Shown in pieces: positions 8,882 through 17,323 of a stretch of 64,000 bases of DNA. Source of the stretch: an uncultured virus (IMG/VR IMGVR_UViG_3300033753_000202) (Duplodnaviria > Heunggongvirae > Uroviricota > Caudoviricetes); the IMG/VR virus record IMGVR_UViG_3300033753_000202; one strand, 5' to 3'. Under the pieces are notes generated by a model. The model was not told the origin of the DNA and ran no database searches. It was given only the letters and a program-made list of their open reading frames with translations. A program made the position numbers and the translations under genes. The stretch's first letter is position 1, and each line of letters opens with the position of its first letter.

Positions 8882-10576
8882 ATGTCGCTTCATCCTCAAG
8901 TTCGGGACATTTTCTACCCGAATGTCGCCAACTCCCCGTATGCGGATTTGTCGGCGGTCGCTGGCAACGTTATGTTGGCGGCGTTCCAAGGTCGGACTTC
9001 GAGCTTCTTCCACGACTTTGCGGGGTACTTCAACGCCGTTCCCGGCGCGGCGAATTATCTCGCTAAGCTCGGACGCAACACCATCGGTCAACTGCACCAA
9101 AACAATGGTTGGAAGGGCGATGTTGAGAAGCTTCTTGAGGGGGTAACTCCGGCGTATGCCGCTATCTTCCAAGCGCTGTCCGATCTGATTTTTGTGGGTC
9201 TGGACACTACAAAGGAAGGTTACCCGACGGCACTCTACACTCGTTCTTTCCACGTCATCAAGCGCATGGTGGATGCGGGTATGGTGCAACCGGACAACGT
9301 GAACAAGGTTATGAAAGACCTGACGGGCACCAAAACAGCAAACGGTGTATCGGAAGGAACCTTCTGCGTGGTGCGTTTGGACTTCGAGCAGTACGTAAAC
9401 GGTATTCCGACTTTCAAGCTGACGGTTCCGCGTTCCAATCTCAAGGTTCTTGGCAACGATGCGGAGTATATGCTGGTACCGCTCATCTTCTATGCGGTTT
9501 TCAGCCAAATCCTGCAAAATGCTACGGCGGAACAGGCGTTTGAGTTCGAGAAGACTTCGGTCACGGGTAACATTCGGCACCAAGCCACCATCAGCCCGAA
9601 TGTGGTTAAGTTGGTGTACGCCAATTCTGACCCGGAGGACGTGGAAGCCAAAATTCGTCGTATTCGTCCGGGGTACGATCCGATCCGACAACGCTACACG
9701 CTCTACGATCTGGAATCGTCGGTCTATTCGCTCGGACTCGCGTCGTTCCGTCCTGAGATGCTTAACTACGTGAAGATTATCAATCCGCATTCCATCAATA
9801 CCGCTTGCCACAATGTGGACTTTGATGTTCTGCGGCAAATCTTCGCTACCCGCATTCGCGCTCTCAAGGCGGCGCAACTGGACGCGTTCAAGTACATTGA
9901 TCTCTCCAGTTACGCCAATATGACCGACAAGCAGAATGCTCTTATCGAACAGGCTGAAAAAGAGGATAATCGCAAACTGCTCTCGCTCATGCAAGCGCAC
10001 CCGGAAATCTTCGGAGACATCAATGAAGCCCTCGAAAAGCGTCGTCGGATTATGCCGAAGTTCCTCAAGGGCTTCCAGCCGGTAGAACTGCCGAACACCG
10101 AGCAAGAGCGCGTCGCCCTTCTGCGCGATCTCTTATCCAAGGGGGTAGTGCAGTTCGTTACTACGACGAAAGACGGTCGCGTGTCGGGTAAGCTGGCTTC
10201 TAACAATTCGAAGGTGTTGGAGCGTATCTACGGTAAGGACTACGTCCAAAAGTACGAGACGGTTAGCCTTCGAATCAAGGAAGTCAAAGCCGCTATTGAA
10301 CGCGGTGAGGTCAAGAGCCGGAAGGAAGCGGAGGAGTTGGCGGTTAAGTTCAATATCCTTCCTTCCATCGATGCGACCGAGTATCTCAAGGGCGGTAAAG
10401 CGACTCTTGCCGCACTTGACACCGCGATCAAGGAGTTGGAGGAAAAGTCGGCTTCCCGTACTCGCAACCCGGCGTATGTGCTGTATCGTAACCTGAAAGC
10501 GGAAAATAGCGACAATTTCTATGGTCAGGTTAACGTAAACTCGCTTATCTCGGTGGAGTTCCGGGCTTACGAGTGA
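8882..10576 (+). CDS. Hypothetical protein with two WYL_2/Sm-like beta-barrel-like segments
   Basis: RBS GGAGG before ATG 8882; FEFEKTSVTGNIRHQATIS...LYDLE...LASFRPEML and VVQFVTTTKDGRVSGKLASN...YRNL...VNVNSLISVEF. Confidence 0.75.
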   Translation: MSLHPQVRDIFYPNVANSPYADLSAVAGNVMLAAFQGRTSSFFHDFAGYFNAVPGAANYLAKLGRNTIGQLHQNNGWKGDVEKLLEGVTPAYAAIFQALSDLIFVGLDTTKEGYPTALYTRSFHVIKRMVDAGMVQPDNVNKVMKDLTGTKTANGVSEGTFCVVRLDFEQYVNGIPTFKLTVPRSNLKVLGNDAEYMLVPLIFYAVFSQILQNATAEQAFEFEKTSVTGNIRHQATISPNVVKLVYANSDPEDVEAKIRRIRPGYDPIRQRYTLYDLESSVYSLGLASFRPEMLNYVKIINPHSINTACHNVDFDVLRQIFATRIRALKAAQLDAFKYIDLSSYANMTDKQNALIEQAEKEDNRKLLSLMQAHPEIFGDINEALEKRRRIMPKFLKGFQPVELPNTEQERVALLRDLLSKGVVQFVTTTKDGRVSGKLASNNSKVLERIYGKDYVQKYETVSLRIKEVKAAIERGEVKSRKEAEELAVKFNILPSIDATEYLKGGKATLAALDTAIKELEEKSASRTRNPAYVLYRNLKAENSDNFYGQVNVNSLISVEFRAYE

Positions 10577-10604
10577 TTGATCTTTCCGGTTTGTCCAACT
10601 TTCT

Positions 10605-10634
10605 GACCCCGAGCGATCCAGCTCGGGGTCTTTT
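10605..10634 (+). terminator. Intrinsic terminator
   Basis: GACCCCGAGC-GATCCA-GCTCGGGGTC followed by TTTT. Confidence 0.8.
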
Positions 10635-10794
10635 CATGGACTTCAGCCCATTTTTGAATCTTATGGGTCTATTTTGCGGAATTTTACCATAAACTAGGAT
10701 AGCTCCGTCCACCTTGTAAGGTGTTTCTATTTTAATCGAACCTGCGTAAGGACGTGCAGTCTTTTTCACGCACCTTTAAAGGTGGTGTATTACA

Positions 10795-12288
10795 TTGAGT
10801 TTAGCGGTTTATCGTCAGTACTTGCAAAATATCGGCAAATGCTTGCAGGGGTATCAAGTACCGAATATTCCTGTTGACGCGTCTTTCTTGGATTTGGTGG
10901 GGTTCATTCGGGATCTGGACGAAATGACCTATATTGACCATTTCCTTTCTTCGCAAGGTCAACCTTCATACTTTTTACGGACTTACGATTTTCTTCACCA
11001 TTCGTATGCGTCTTCTATTTTGGAAAGGTTGAGAAATAAGGAGTTCTCGACGGAACTCCGGGATGAGTTCCTTGCGAATCTGGGTGCGTTGGCTGATCCG
11101 GGGTATTTTCCTCCCTCTCATACTGAGTCAGTACCTTCGTCTTTCTCGGAGATCCAGTCCGATTTCTCGGAACAATTTGCTCCTTTGCTTGAAGCGCATG
11201 CTTCAGATGATGAGGAATCAATTGAACCCTTCGATTACAATGACCCTAATTACGAGGAGCCTGATCCTAACGAGGACGACGATCTCTCCGACTTCGAAGG
11301 CGACGAGGATGAGCTTGACGTGGGGTATTCTGACGAGGACGATCTCTCTGACTTCGAAGGTGACGATGATGAACTAGACTTCAATGACGACGAGGACGAC
11401 TTTGAGGTTGTCGATGATAGCGAGGACGACGCTCTTTCCGACTTCGAAGGTGATGAAGAGGACGATGACCTTTCCGACTTCGAAGGTGATGAAGAGGACG
11501 ATGACCTTTCCGACTTTGAAGGCGCTGAGGATGACGATCTTGCAGACTTCGAAGGCGATGAGGATGACGATCTTGCAGACTTCGAAGGCGATGAGGACTC
11601 CGATTTCGAGGTTGTCGACGAGGAAGAGGACGATCTCTCTGACTTCGAGGGTGACGATGATGACTTCGAGGTTGTTTATGAGGAAGAGGACGATCTTTCT
11701 GACTTTGAAGGTGACGAGGATGATCTCTCCGATTTCGAAGGCGACGAGGACGAGTTGGACGACTATCAAGAAGAGGATGAAGATGACCTCTCTGATTTCG
11801 AAGGCGACGAGGACGATGATGACCTTTCCGACTTCGAAGGCGACGAGGACGACGACTTTCCACCCGAGGACGAGGACGACGACCTCTCTGATTTTGAGGA
11901 CGATGATACCGACGATTTCGAAGATCGAAACTATTTCGAGGACATGAAGCGTCCTGAGTCGGACAACTTCATAGACCCAGATGATTTGGAGTCTGATTTT
12001 AACGACATTCCTAAACAACCGTCAACTTCAAGTAGGTTAAACGAATTTTCTAAATTTCCTTCAGAAGGAAATGTACATTCGTCGAGTTCTTCGAATACTC
12101 TTGGGACTAAGTCTTCGACCCAAAAGAAGACATCGTCCTTGGATGATACTTTGGCAAATGCTATTTATAAGCTGGAGCGTAAAATGACTGGCGGTGCTGT
12201 AAAAGGCGTCCAAAAGGTCGTAGGCTTTAGCAAGCGAGCGAAAGAATCACTCCGGGGTATGGTGGTTTCTGATGAGGAAGAAACTTAA
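10795..12288 (+). CDS. Highly acidic protein with DDL(S/A)DFEGDE repeats
   Basis: RBS AAAGGTGG, TTG start; folded-looking N-terminus, about 230-aa D/E-rich repeat region, basic C-terminal segment. Confidence 0.85.
   Translation: MSLAVYRQYLQNIGKCLQGYQVPNIPVDASFLDLVGFIRDLDEMTYIDHFLSSQGQPSYFLRTYDFLHHSYASSILERLRNKEFSTELRDEFLANLGALADPGYFPPSHTESVPSSFSEIQSDFSEQFAPLLEAHASDDEESIEPFDYNDPNYEEPDPNEDDDLSDFEGDEDELDVGYSDEDDLSDFEGDDDELDFNDDEDDFEVVDDSEDDALSDFEGDEEDDDLSDFEGDEEDDDLSDFEGAEDDDLADFEGDEDDDLADFEGDEDSDFEVVDEEEDDLSDFEGDDDDFEVVYEEEDDLSDFEGDEDDLSDFEGDEDELDDYQEEDEDDLSDFEGDEDDDDLSDFEGDEDDDFPPEDEDDDLSDFEDDDTDDFEDRNYFEDMKRPESDNFIDPDDLESDFNDIPKQPSTSSRLNEFSKFPSEGNVHSSSSSNTLGTKSSTQKKTSSLDDTLANAIYKLERKMTGGAVKGVQKVVGFSKRAKESLRGMVVSDEEET
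11270..11900 (+). repeat. Coding imperfect repeats (about 12 x L(S/A)DFEG)
   Basis: Repeated GAYGAYCTYTCYGAYTTYGARGGYGAY units with synonymous variation. Confidence 0.9.
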
Positions 12289-12336
12289 GTCTCAGGGGTA
12301 TTATCAAAAATCTCATGTTGAAAGGATGTATGTTGG

Positions 12337-13317
12337 ATGTACAGAGGTTCTCAGTTTCGAGTGACTGAAGCGCAAGAAGCGCTTCGACCCTTGATCGGTC
12401 GCTTCGTCCTGAAGGAGGGTACGACGGTTGATCAACTGGCGCAACAACTGGCAGATGTTCAGTTCGCACTGAATATCTACCCGGATGCGCCGAAGGAAGT
12501 CATCTCGAAGAGCATTTACACGGTGTCGGAGGACAGTGACGTTGTTGAGTCGGTACGCTTCACCATTCGTCCTTCCTCGTCGCACAAGCTGTGGATCGAT
12601 GATCTGCACAAGGTTTTCACTCTGCAAGCGACGCCGGACTTCTTTGACAAGTTCATCACGGAGTTCGCACAGTGGGCGGACACTTGGACGTACCATTTCC
12701 GTCTGCAAACCAATCTCGAAGCCCTCAACACGGAAGTGGCGAAGGTTATCGAGGAAGAAGGTATCCCGTACAAGGTTTCCTTCACTCTTGGCGACGGACT
12801 GGCGGATGCAACGGACGATCATACGGTCATCGGGCTGAGCGCCGAGGTTATCGAAAATCTTGCCAACCTGCCGCTGTTCGGTGACAGCATCGAAAGCCGT
12901 CAGGAAGCTTGCCGTCAGTCGCTGGCTGATGCGCTGAAGGAAGCTAACTATGGTTACGATTTGCTCCGTAGCAAATCGACGTTCTTCAAACGCGATCTGG
13001 GGGTATACACTCGCAAATCGCTCAACAAGCTCCTGCGCGATTTCGTCAACCGCCGTATCCAGCACGTTCGCGTCGGTATCGGGCATTATGACAAGGACGG
13101 CGTTTTCGCCATCTTGGAACGCGTGGCTGTTAGTGAGGAAGAGTTGGCAAGCTACGATCTTTCCAAGGTTGTTGTTACGGACAACAAGGAGCCTTCCAGC
13201 AAGGAGAAAGCGCAGAACAAGACGAAGATCGTCACCTTCTTCCGGCTCTCGCCCATTGACCGTGAGACGGGCGTTCGCGTGGACTCTGTTACGCTCGAAC
13301 AAGCCATCGCGGGTTAA
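12337..13317 (+). CDS. Hypothetical protein (codon usage suggests high expression)
   Basis: RBS AAAGGA; 326 aa; preference for C-ending codons; followed by a strong hairpin. Confidence 0.8.
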   Translation: MYRGSQFRVTEAQEALRPLIGRFVLKEGTTVDQLAQQLADVQFALNIYPDAPKEVISKSIYTVSEDSDVVESVRFTIRPSSSHKLWIDDLHKVFTLQATPDFFDKFITEFAQWADTWTYHFRLQTNLEALNTEVAKVIEEEGIPYKVSFTLGDGLADATDDHTVIGLSAEVIENLANLPLFGDSIESRQEACRQSLADALKEANYGYDLLRSKSTFFKRDLGVYTRKSLNKLLRDFVNRRIQHVRVGIGHYDKDGVFAILERVAVSEEELASYDLSKVVVTDNKEPSSKEKAQNKTKIVTFFRLSPIDRETGVRVDSVTLEQAIAG

Positions 13318-13342
13318 TCGCGATCTCATCGGCATATCGCCT

Positions 13343-13381
13343 AAGAAAGCTGAAAGGTCTTCCCGCCTTTCAGCTTTCTTT
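13343..13381 (+). terminator. Intrinsic terminator (possibly bidirectional)
   Basis: AAGAAAGCTGAAAGG...CCTTTCAGCTTTCTT, 15-bp perfect stem. Confidence 0.8.
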
Positions 13382-13398
13382 GATAAGAGGTGGTCTTT

Positions 13399-14013
13399 AT
13401 GTATAAGAAGGCTGGTATAATCATCGGGGTGTTGATGCTTGGGGTCGCCTTGGTCATCCACTTCCTTTTTAGTACCGAAGGGGGTAAGGAGAAGGCATCT
13501 CGCCCGGCGACGCAACCCCAGCCGCAAGTTTCGGCTTCAGCGGATACTTCGGTTACGAAACCACCCCAAACTCAACCTGTTCAACCTACGCAACCCGCGC
13601 CACAGTCGCCATCTTCAGTACCTTCATCGCAGACGAATCTCATTTCTCCTCCGACGGAGGGGTATCGCTCCGAAGAAGGAACGCTCTCAAAGCGAATTTT
13701 CTCGGAGTACACGGAAGAGGAGTTTGCGAACGCTTTGGGCACTCCGGTGACGACTAATAAGGAGATCATGACTGTCTCGGCAAAGAAGGTTATTCTGTTT
13801 GATTCTGATGCGGTTTCCGGCTCTAAAGCGGGTAAGCAACTTACTTATGGGTTGACTCTGTTGGGGGATGACCCGAATTTCCGTCTTACGGCATATGTTA
13901 ATAAGGAAGCTTATGATTCGGTTGAGGTTGGGGATAGGCTTACGGTGGAGTATGAAATCTACGCCAACTCCAACAATGTGAAGTTACCGCTCATCAAATC
14001 CATCAAAAAGTAA
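13399..14013 (+). CDS. Membrane-anchored protein with P/Q linker and beta-rich C-terminal domain
   Basis: RBS GAGGTGG before ATG 13399; N-terminal TM helix; QPQPQ/PTQPAP linker; YDSVEVGDRLTVEY. Confidence 0.75.
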   Translation: MYKKAGIIIGVLMLGVALVIHFLFSTEGGKEKASRPATQPQPQVSASADTSVTKPPQTQPVQPTQPAPQSPSSVPSSQTNLISPPTEGYRSEEGTLSKRIFSEYTEEEFANALGTPVTTNKEIMTVSAKKVILFDSDAVSGSKAGKQLTYGLTLLGDDPNFRLTAYVNKEAYDSVEVGDRLTVEYEIYANSNNVKLPLIKSIKK

Positions 14014-14024
14014 TTTGACGCATT

Positions 14025-14056
14025 CCCCTTCTGTTCGAGAAGGGGTTTTCTTTTTT
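14025..14056 (+). terminator. Intrinsic terminator
   Basis: CCCCTTCT-GTTCG-AGAAGGGG followed by TTTTCTTTTTT. Confidence 0.85.
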
Positions 14057-14104
14057 GGGAAAATAGGTTAAATTAGTACACAGCCCTTAAAAGGAGTTGA
14101 GTAT

Positions 14105-14482
14105 ATGTCTTACGGTTATCTCTCGAAGTACGATCTGATCCGTAAGTTATCGGATTATCAGGTGCAACTCCTGCTTTTGTTGAAAGCGGGTTGTCGTGCG
14201 GTCACGAACGAGGGGGTCAATTATCGTTGTTGGATGGAGTTCAAGGACTCTGCGTTACCTTTTCGCTTGAGAAAAGATACGCTTCAGCATTTTTATGATC
14301 TTGGGCTTCTTACTCCTATTGATGATCCATTGTATCGACCGGGCACTTATTGTTACGGGTTATCTGCAAAGGGACTGCAAATCGCCTATGCTATCCCGGA
14401 TGCCCGAAGGAATCATTGTTTGTCACTCAGATCGTTTGTTACGCGACTTCGGGACTTTCAGGGGTTAGGGTTGCGTCTTTAA
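14105..14482 (+). CDS. Hypothetical protein, possible winged-helix
   Basis: RBS AAGGAG; TLQHFYDLGLL...YGLSAKG resembles a wHTH recognition helix plus wing. Confidence 0.6.
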   Translation: MSYGYLSKYDLIRKLSDYQVQLLLLLKAGCRAVTNEGVNYRCWMEFKDSALPFRLRKDTLQHFYDLGLLTPIDDPLYRPGTYCYGLSAKGLQIAYAIPDARRNHCLSLRSFVTRLRDFQGLGLRL

Positions 14483-14895
14483 GCGATCTTTAAGCGTACC
14501 TTGATTGAATTACAATTTCTTCCTTATCGACTTGATATGATATTTATGACTTATACTTGCTTGGAACGAGTTCTCCTTGCACCTTGGTAGGAAACCATCC
14601 TTTTTCTTCTGAAACATTTTTTCCCTTACTTTGAAACATTCCTGTCGATCTGTTTAATCCCTTTTAACCCCGCCTTTTCCGCTCGTATAGGCGGGGTACT
14701 TAGCGGTGGTTGCGCTCTTATGCGTTGCCCTGTATGTTTGCTCTGTGGCGCGTACAGCTTGTTTAGCGGCGGTGTGACGAGTGGTGCGGTTTGGGGTACT
14801 CGCAACCCTTGTACATGGGGTTACGGACGGTAACGGTATGAAACATGGTGTGTTACAAAAGCGGAGTATTTTGAAAAATATTTTTTAGAAATGAG

Positions 14896-14924
14896 TTGAC
14901 TTCTGTATTGAGCCAAGTTATTAT
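14896..14924 (+). promoter_or_regulatory. sigma-A-type promoter for 15041 gene
   Basis: TTGACT-17 bp-TATTAT preceded by A/T tracts (UP-element-like). Confidence 0.7.
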
Positions 14925-15040
14925 TGTTACTGTCAGGGGGTACTACTCCTACCCCGCAGGGACTTACCTCTCGGCGGCAGGGTCGGGGTCGCAACTCCCA
15001 AAATCGAAATTTTCAATTCCAATGAGGGAGGAAAAAAGTC

Positions 15041-15814
15041 ATGGCAATCCAACGTTCTGCTGTGGATCAAAACGTGGCTGGCGCTCCGGCTCCTGCCGCT
15101 ACCAAGGGAGGTAAGGAAAAGGTGCGGGCTTCCGAGAAGATCGCGGATCAAGGTCGCGCACTGGTCGCTTCGATGTCCGAAGCTGAAATCGAAGCACTCG
15201 GCTCCAAGTCGCACACCCTGATCTTCCTCGAATGCCTTGGCATGGGAAGCAAGCGCTCCAGCCGTCGCGTGGCTGAAGACCAAAACGTCGACTGCGCGAC
15301 TCCGGTTGCGGCACGTTTCCGCACCACGGAAGACATCATGGTTCCGCAAATCCCGATCACGAAAGACCGCTTCACGGGTATCAATCCGGAAACCGACATC
15401 ACGTGGGTACCGAAGAAGGCGGGCGAGGAATTCATCCTCTCCTACTACGAAATCATGTACCTGCTGATCAAGGACGAATACGGCGGCTACTGCTCGGACG
15501 GCGAAAATCCGAAGGGCGTTCGCTTCACGCCGCGTCTGAACGCCTACGTTGCGAACCAAGCTCTCCTGCCGACGCCGACGCTGACGCTGGAGAAGGGCGC
15601 TATCAAGGCTTCCATCACCAACATCGACGAAGAAGTCGAACCGGGCAAGTGGGTCTGCAAGCCGGAGTACGAAGAGAAGTTCGGTGACCTGTTCAAGAAG
15701 AAGGCTCCGCGCCGCGCTTCCGCCGAACCGAAGGGCAAGAAGATCTCCAGCACGACCTACATCGCCAAAGCCCTCAACCACATCCTGTACGCGGGCAACA
15801 AGGCAAACGCCTAA
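15041..15814 (+). CDS. Abundant Lys-rich hypothetical protein; paralog of 20816..21631
   Basis: RBS GAGGGAGG; strongest codon bias in the window; own promoter and terminator; TGINPExDI...AGEEF.L..YE.MYL.I..EYGG shared with the paralog. Confidence 0.9.
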   Translation: MAIQRSAVDQNVAGAPAPAATKGGKEKVRASEKIADQGRALVASMSEAEIEALGSKSHTLIFLECLGMGSKRSSRRVAEDQNVDCATPVAARFRTTEDIMVPQIPITKDRFTGINPETDITWVPKKAGEEFILSYYEIMYLLIKDEYGGYCSDGENPKGVRFTPRLNAYVANQALLPTPTLTLEKGAIKASITNIDEEVEPGKWVCKPEYEEKFGDLFKKKAPRRASAEPKGKKISSTTYIAKALNHILYAGNKANA

Positions 15815-15829
15815 TCCGGCGACTACGGC

Positions 15830-15860
15830 AAGGGAGGATCGAATTTCGATCCTCCCTTTT
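15830..15860 (+). terminator. Intrinsic terminator
   Basis: AAGGGAGGATCGA-ATT-TCGATCCTCCCTT followed by TT. Confidence 0.85.
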
Positions 15861-15950
15861 CGTATGCCAATTTTCCGGTATTTTCGCAACTATTTAAGTG
15901 TACCCAGCGTATAAGGGTTAAGATGCTTTTTGTGAGGGGAGGGAGTCTCG

Positions 15951-16568
15951 ATGCTCCGGTCACCGAAATTGGATTTGGACACGCTATTGTTTATCGATAC
16001 CGCTTATGTCCTTACGATTGATCAACGCCCGGTCGCCATTCGCGTAAAGGTGGGCAGGGGGTACTACGACTTTGCATTGACCACGCTTTTTCGGGTCGGA
16101 CTTCCTCCATCGTTTATTAGCTTGCAACCGTTCCCGGAGGTTCCGTTGTACTTGAAGAAGGGTTCGACGGATGAATATCTTTCTAAGCGAGAGTTGAATT
16201 GGGGTCGTCTTGCTCTGGATTGTTCGGAGGACTTGCTTTTGGCTTGCTTTATGAACTGCTTTATTCAGGCTTATTACTATCGGGTTGAAAATGAGACTGT
16301 ACATAATTATAGCATTCCTTCTTCGACCCTTGAAGAGTTACAATCGGAAATTTTTCCGTATCATCGTAAGAAGGTGTGTGGGCGTAATGGACGCCTTGTC
16401 CGCTATGGGGTAACTTTCTGCGATCCTGAAGCGCGGGATTTGAAAATCTTTGTACGGAGCCTTCATACCAAACGACTTTTCCTCTTTACACTCCCTGTTT
16501 TGCGTCGTTTTCTCACGTCTTCGCAGGAGGAACATTCCTTTGAGTTGTACCATGTGGTACATGCTTAA
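15951..16568 (+). CDS. Hypothetical protein
   Basis: RBS GGAGGGAG; 205 aa. Confidence 0.65.
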   Translation: MLRSPKLDLDTLLFIDTAYVLTIDQRPVAIRVKVGRGYYDFALTTLFRVGLPPSFISLQPFPEVPLYLKKGSTDEYLSKRELNWGRLALDCSEDLLLACFMNCFIQAYYYRVENETVHNYSIPSSTLEELQSEIFPYHRKKVCGRNGRLVRYGVTFCDPEARDLKIFVRSLHTKRLFLFTLPVLRRFLTSSQEEHSFELYHVVHA

Positions 16569-16957
16569 TACTTTGAATCATTCATTGTGGGAATCGGAAA
16601 CATCTTGCCGATTCCCGTTATTATTTTCCTGTTGAATGAAACAATCTTTAGCGAGGATTTCAAAAATCTTACTTTAGAACTGGTTTTCAGACTTGGACTT
16701 TTCTTTTCACCGCTAACCTCTAAATTTCCATCGACTTTTCCCTTTTTCTGAGAGAATTTTATGACCCCCGGTTCGACTCAGAAAAATTTTCTCCCAGACC
16801 CCAATCTCCCCAAATTATTTCTGAGGTAAAGTTATACTGATCACCGCTTCATCACGCCCCGCCGCTAGGGGCGGTGGGGGTACGGAGCAACCGTTTGCTC
16901 CCGGCTTTTGTGGGTCGGGCGGTTGTAGGATCATTACTTGATGGGAGGTTGCTGTCG

Positions 16958-17323
16958 TTGCTGGTTGCTTTTGATTCTCGTACAGGAAATGTGGCGCGGT
17001 TTATTAAGAAGTTGGATTTGCCCGCCGTTAAAATCACCCCGGAGTTGGTGATTGAGGAGCCATTCGTTTTGGTTACCTATACCACGGGTTTTGGGCAGGT
17101 TCCGGTAAGCACTGCTGAGTTTCTGCGGAATAACCATCAGCGTCTGATGGGGGTAGCGTCCAGCGGTAATCGTAACTGGGGTGCGAACTTTGGTAAAGCC
17201 GCTGATCGGATCGCAGACTTTTATCATGTAAGGGTAGTTTCCAAGTTTGAATTAAACGGAACGCTCTATGATGTTGAGCGTTTCCATAAGGAGGTTGAAT
17301 CTCTTGTCGTCGCAAATTTCTGA
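16958..17323 (+). CDS. nrdI: Class Ib RNR flavodoxin-like protein NrdI
   Basis: RBS GGGAGG then TTG; LVAFDSRTGNVARF, YTTGFGQVP, GVASSGNRNWG, KFELNGT. Confidence 0.95.
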   Translation: MLVAFDSRTGNVARFIKKLDLPAVKITPELVIEEPFVLVTYTTGFGQVPVSTAEFLRNNHQRLMGVASSGNRNWGANFGKAADRIADFYHVRVVSKFELNGTLYDVERFHKEVESLVVANF

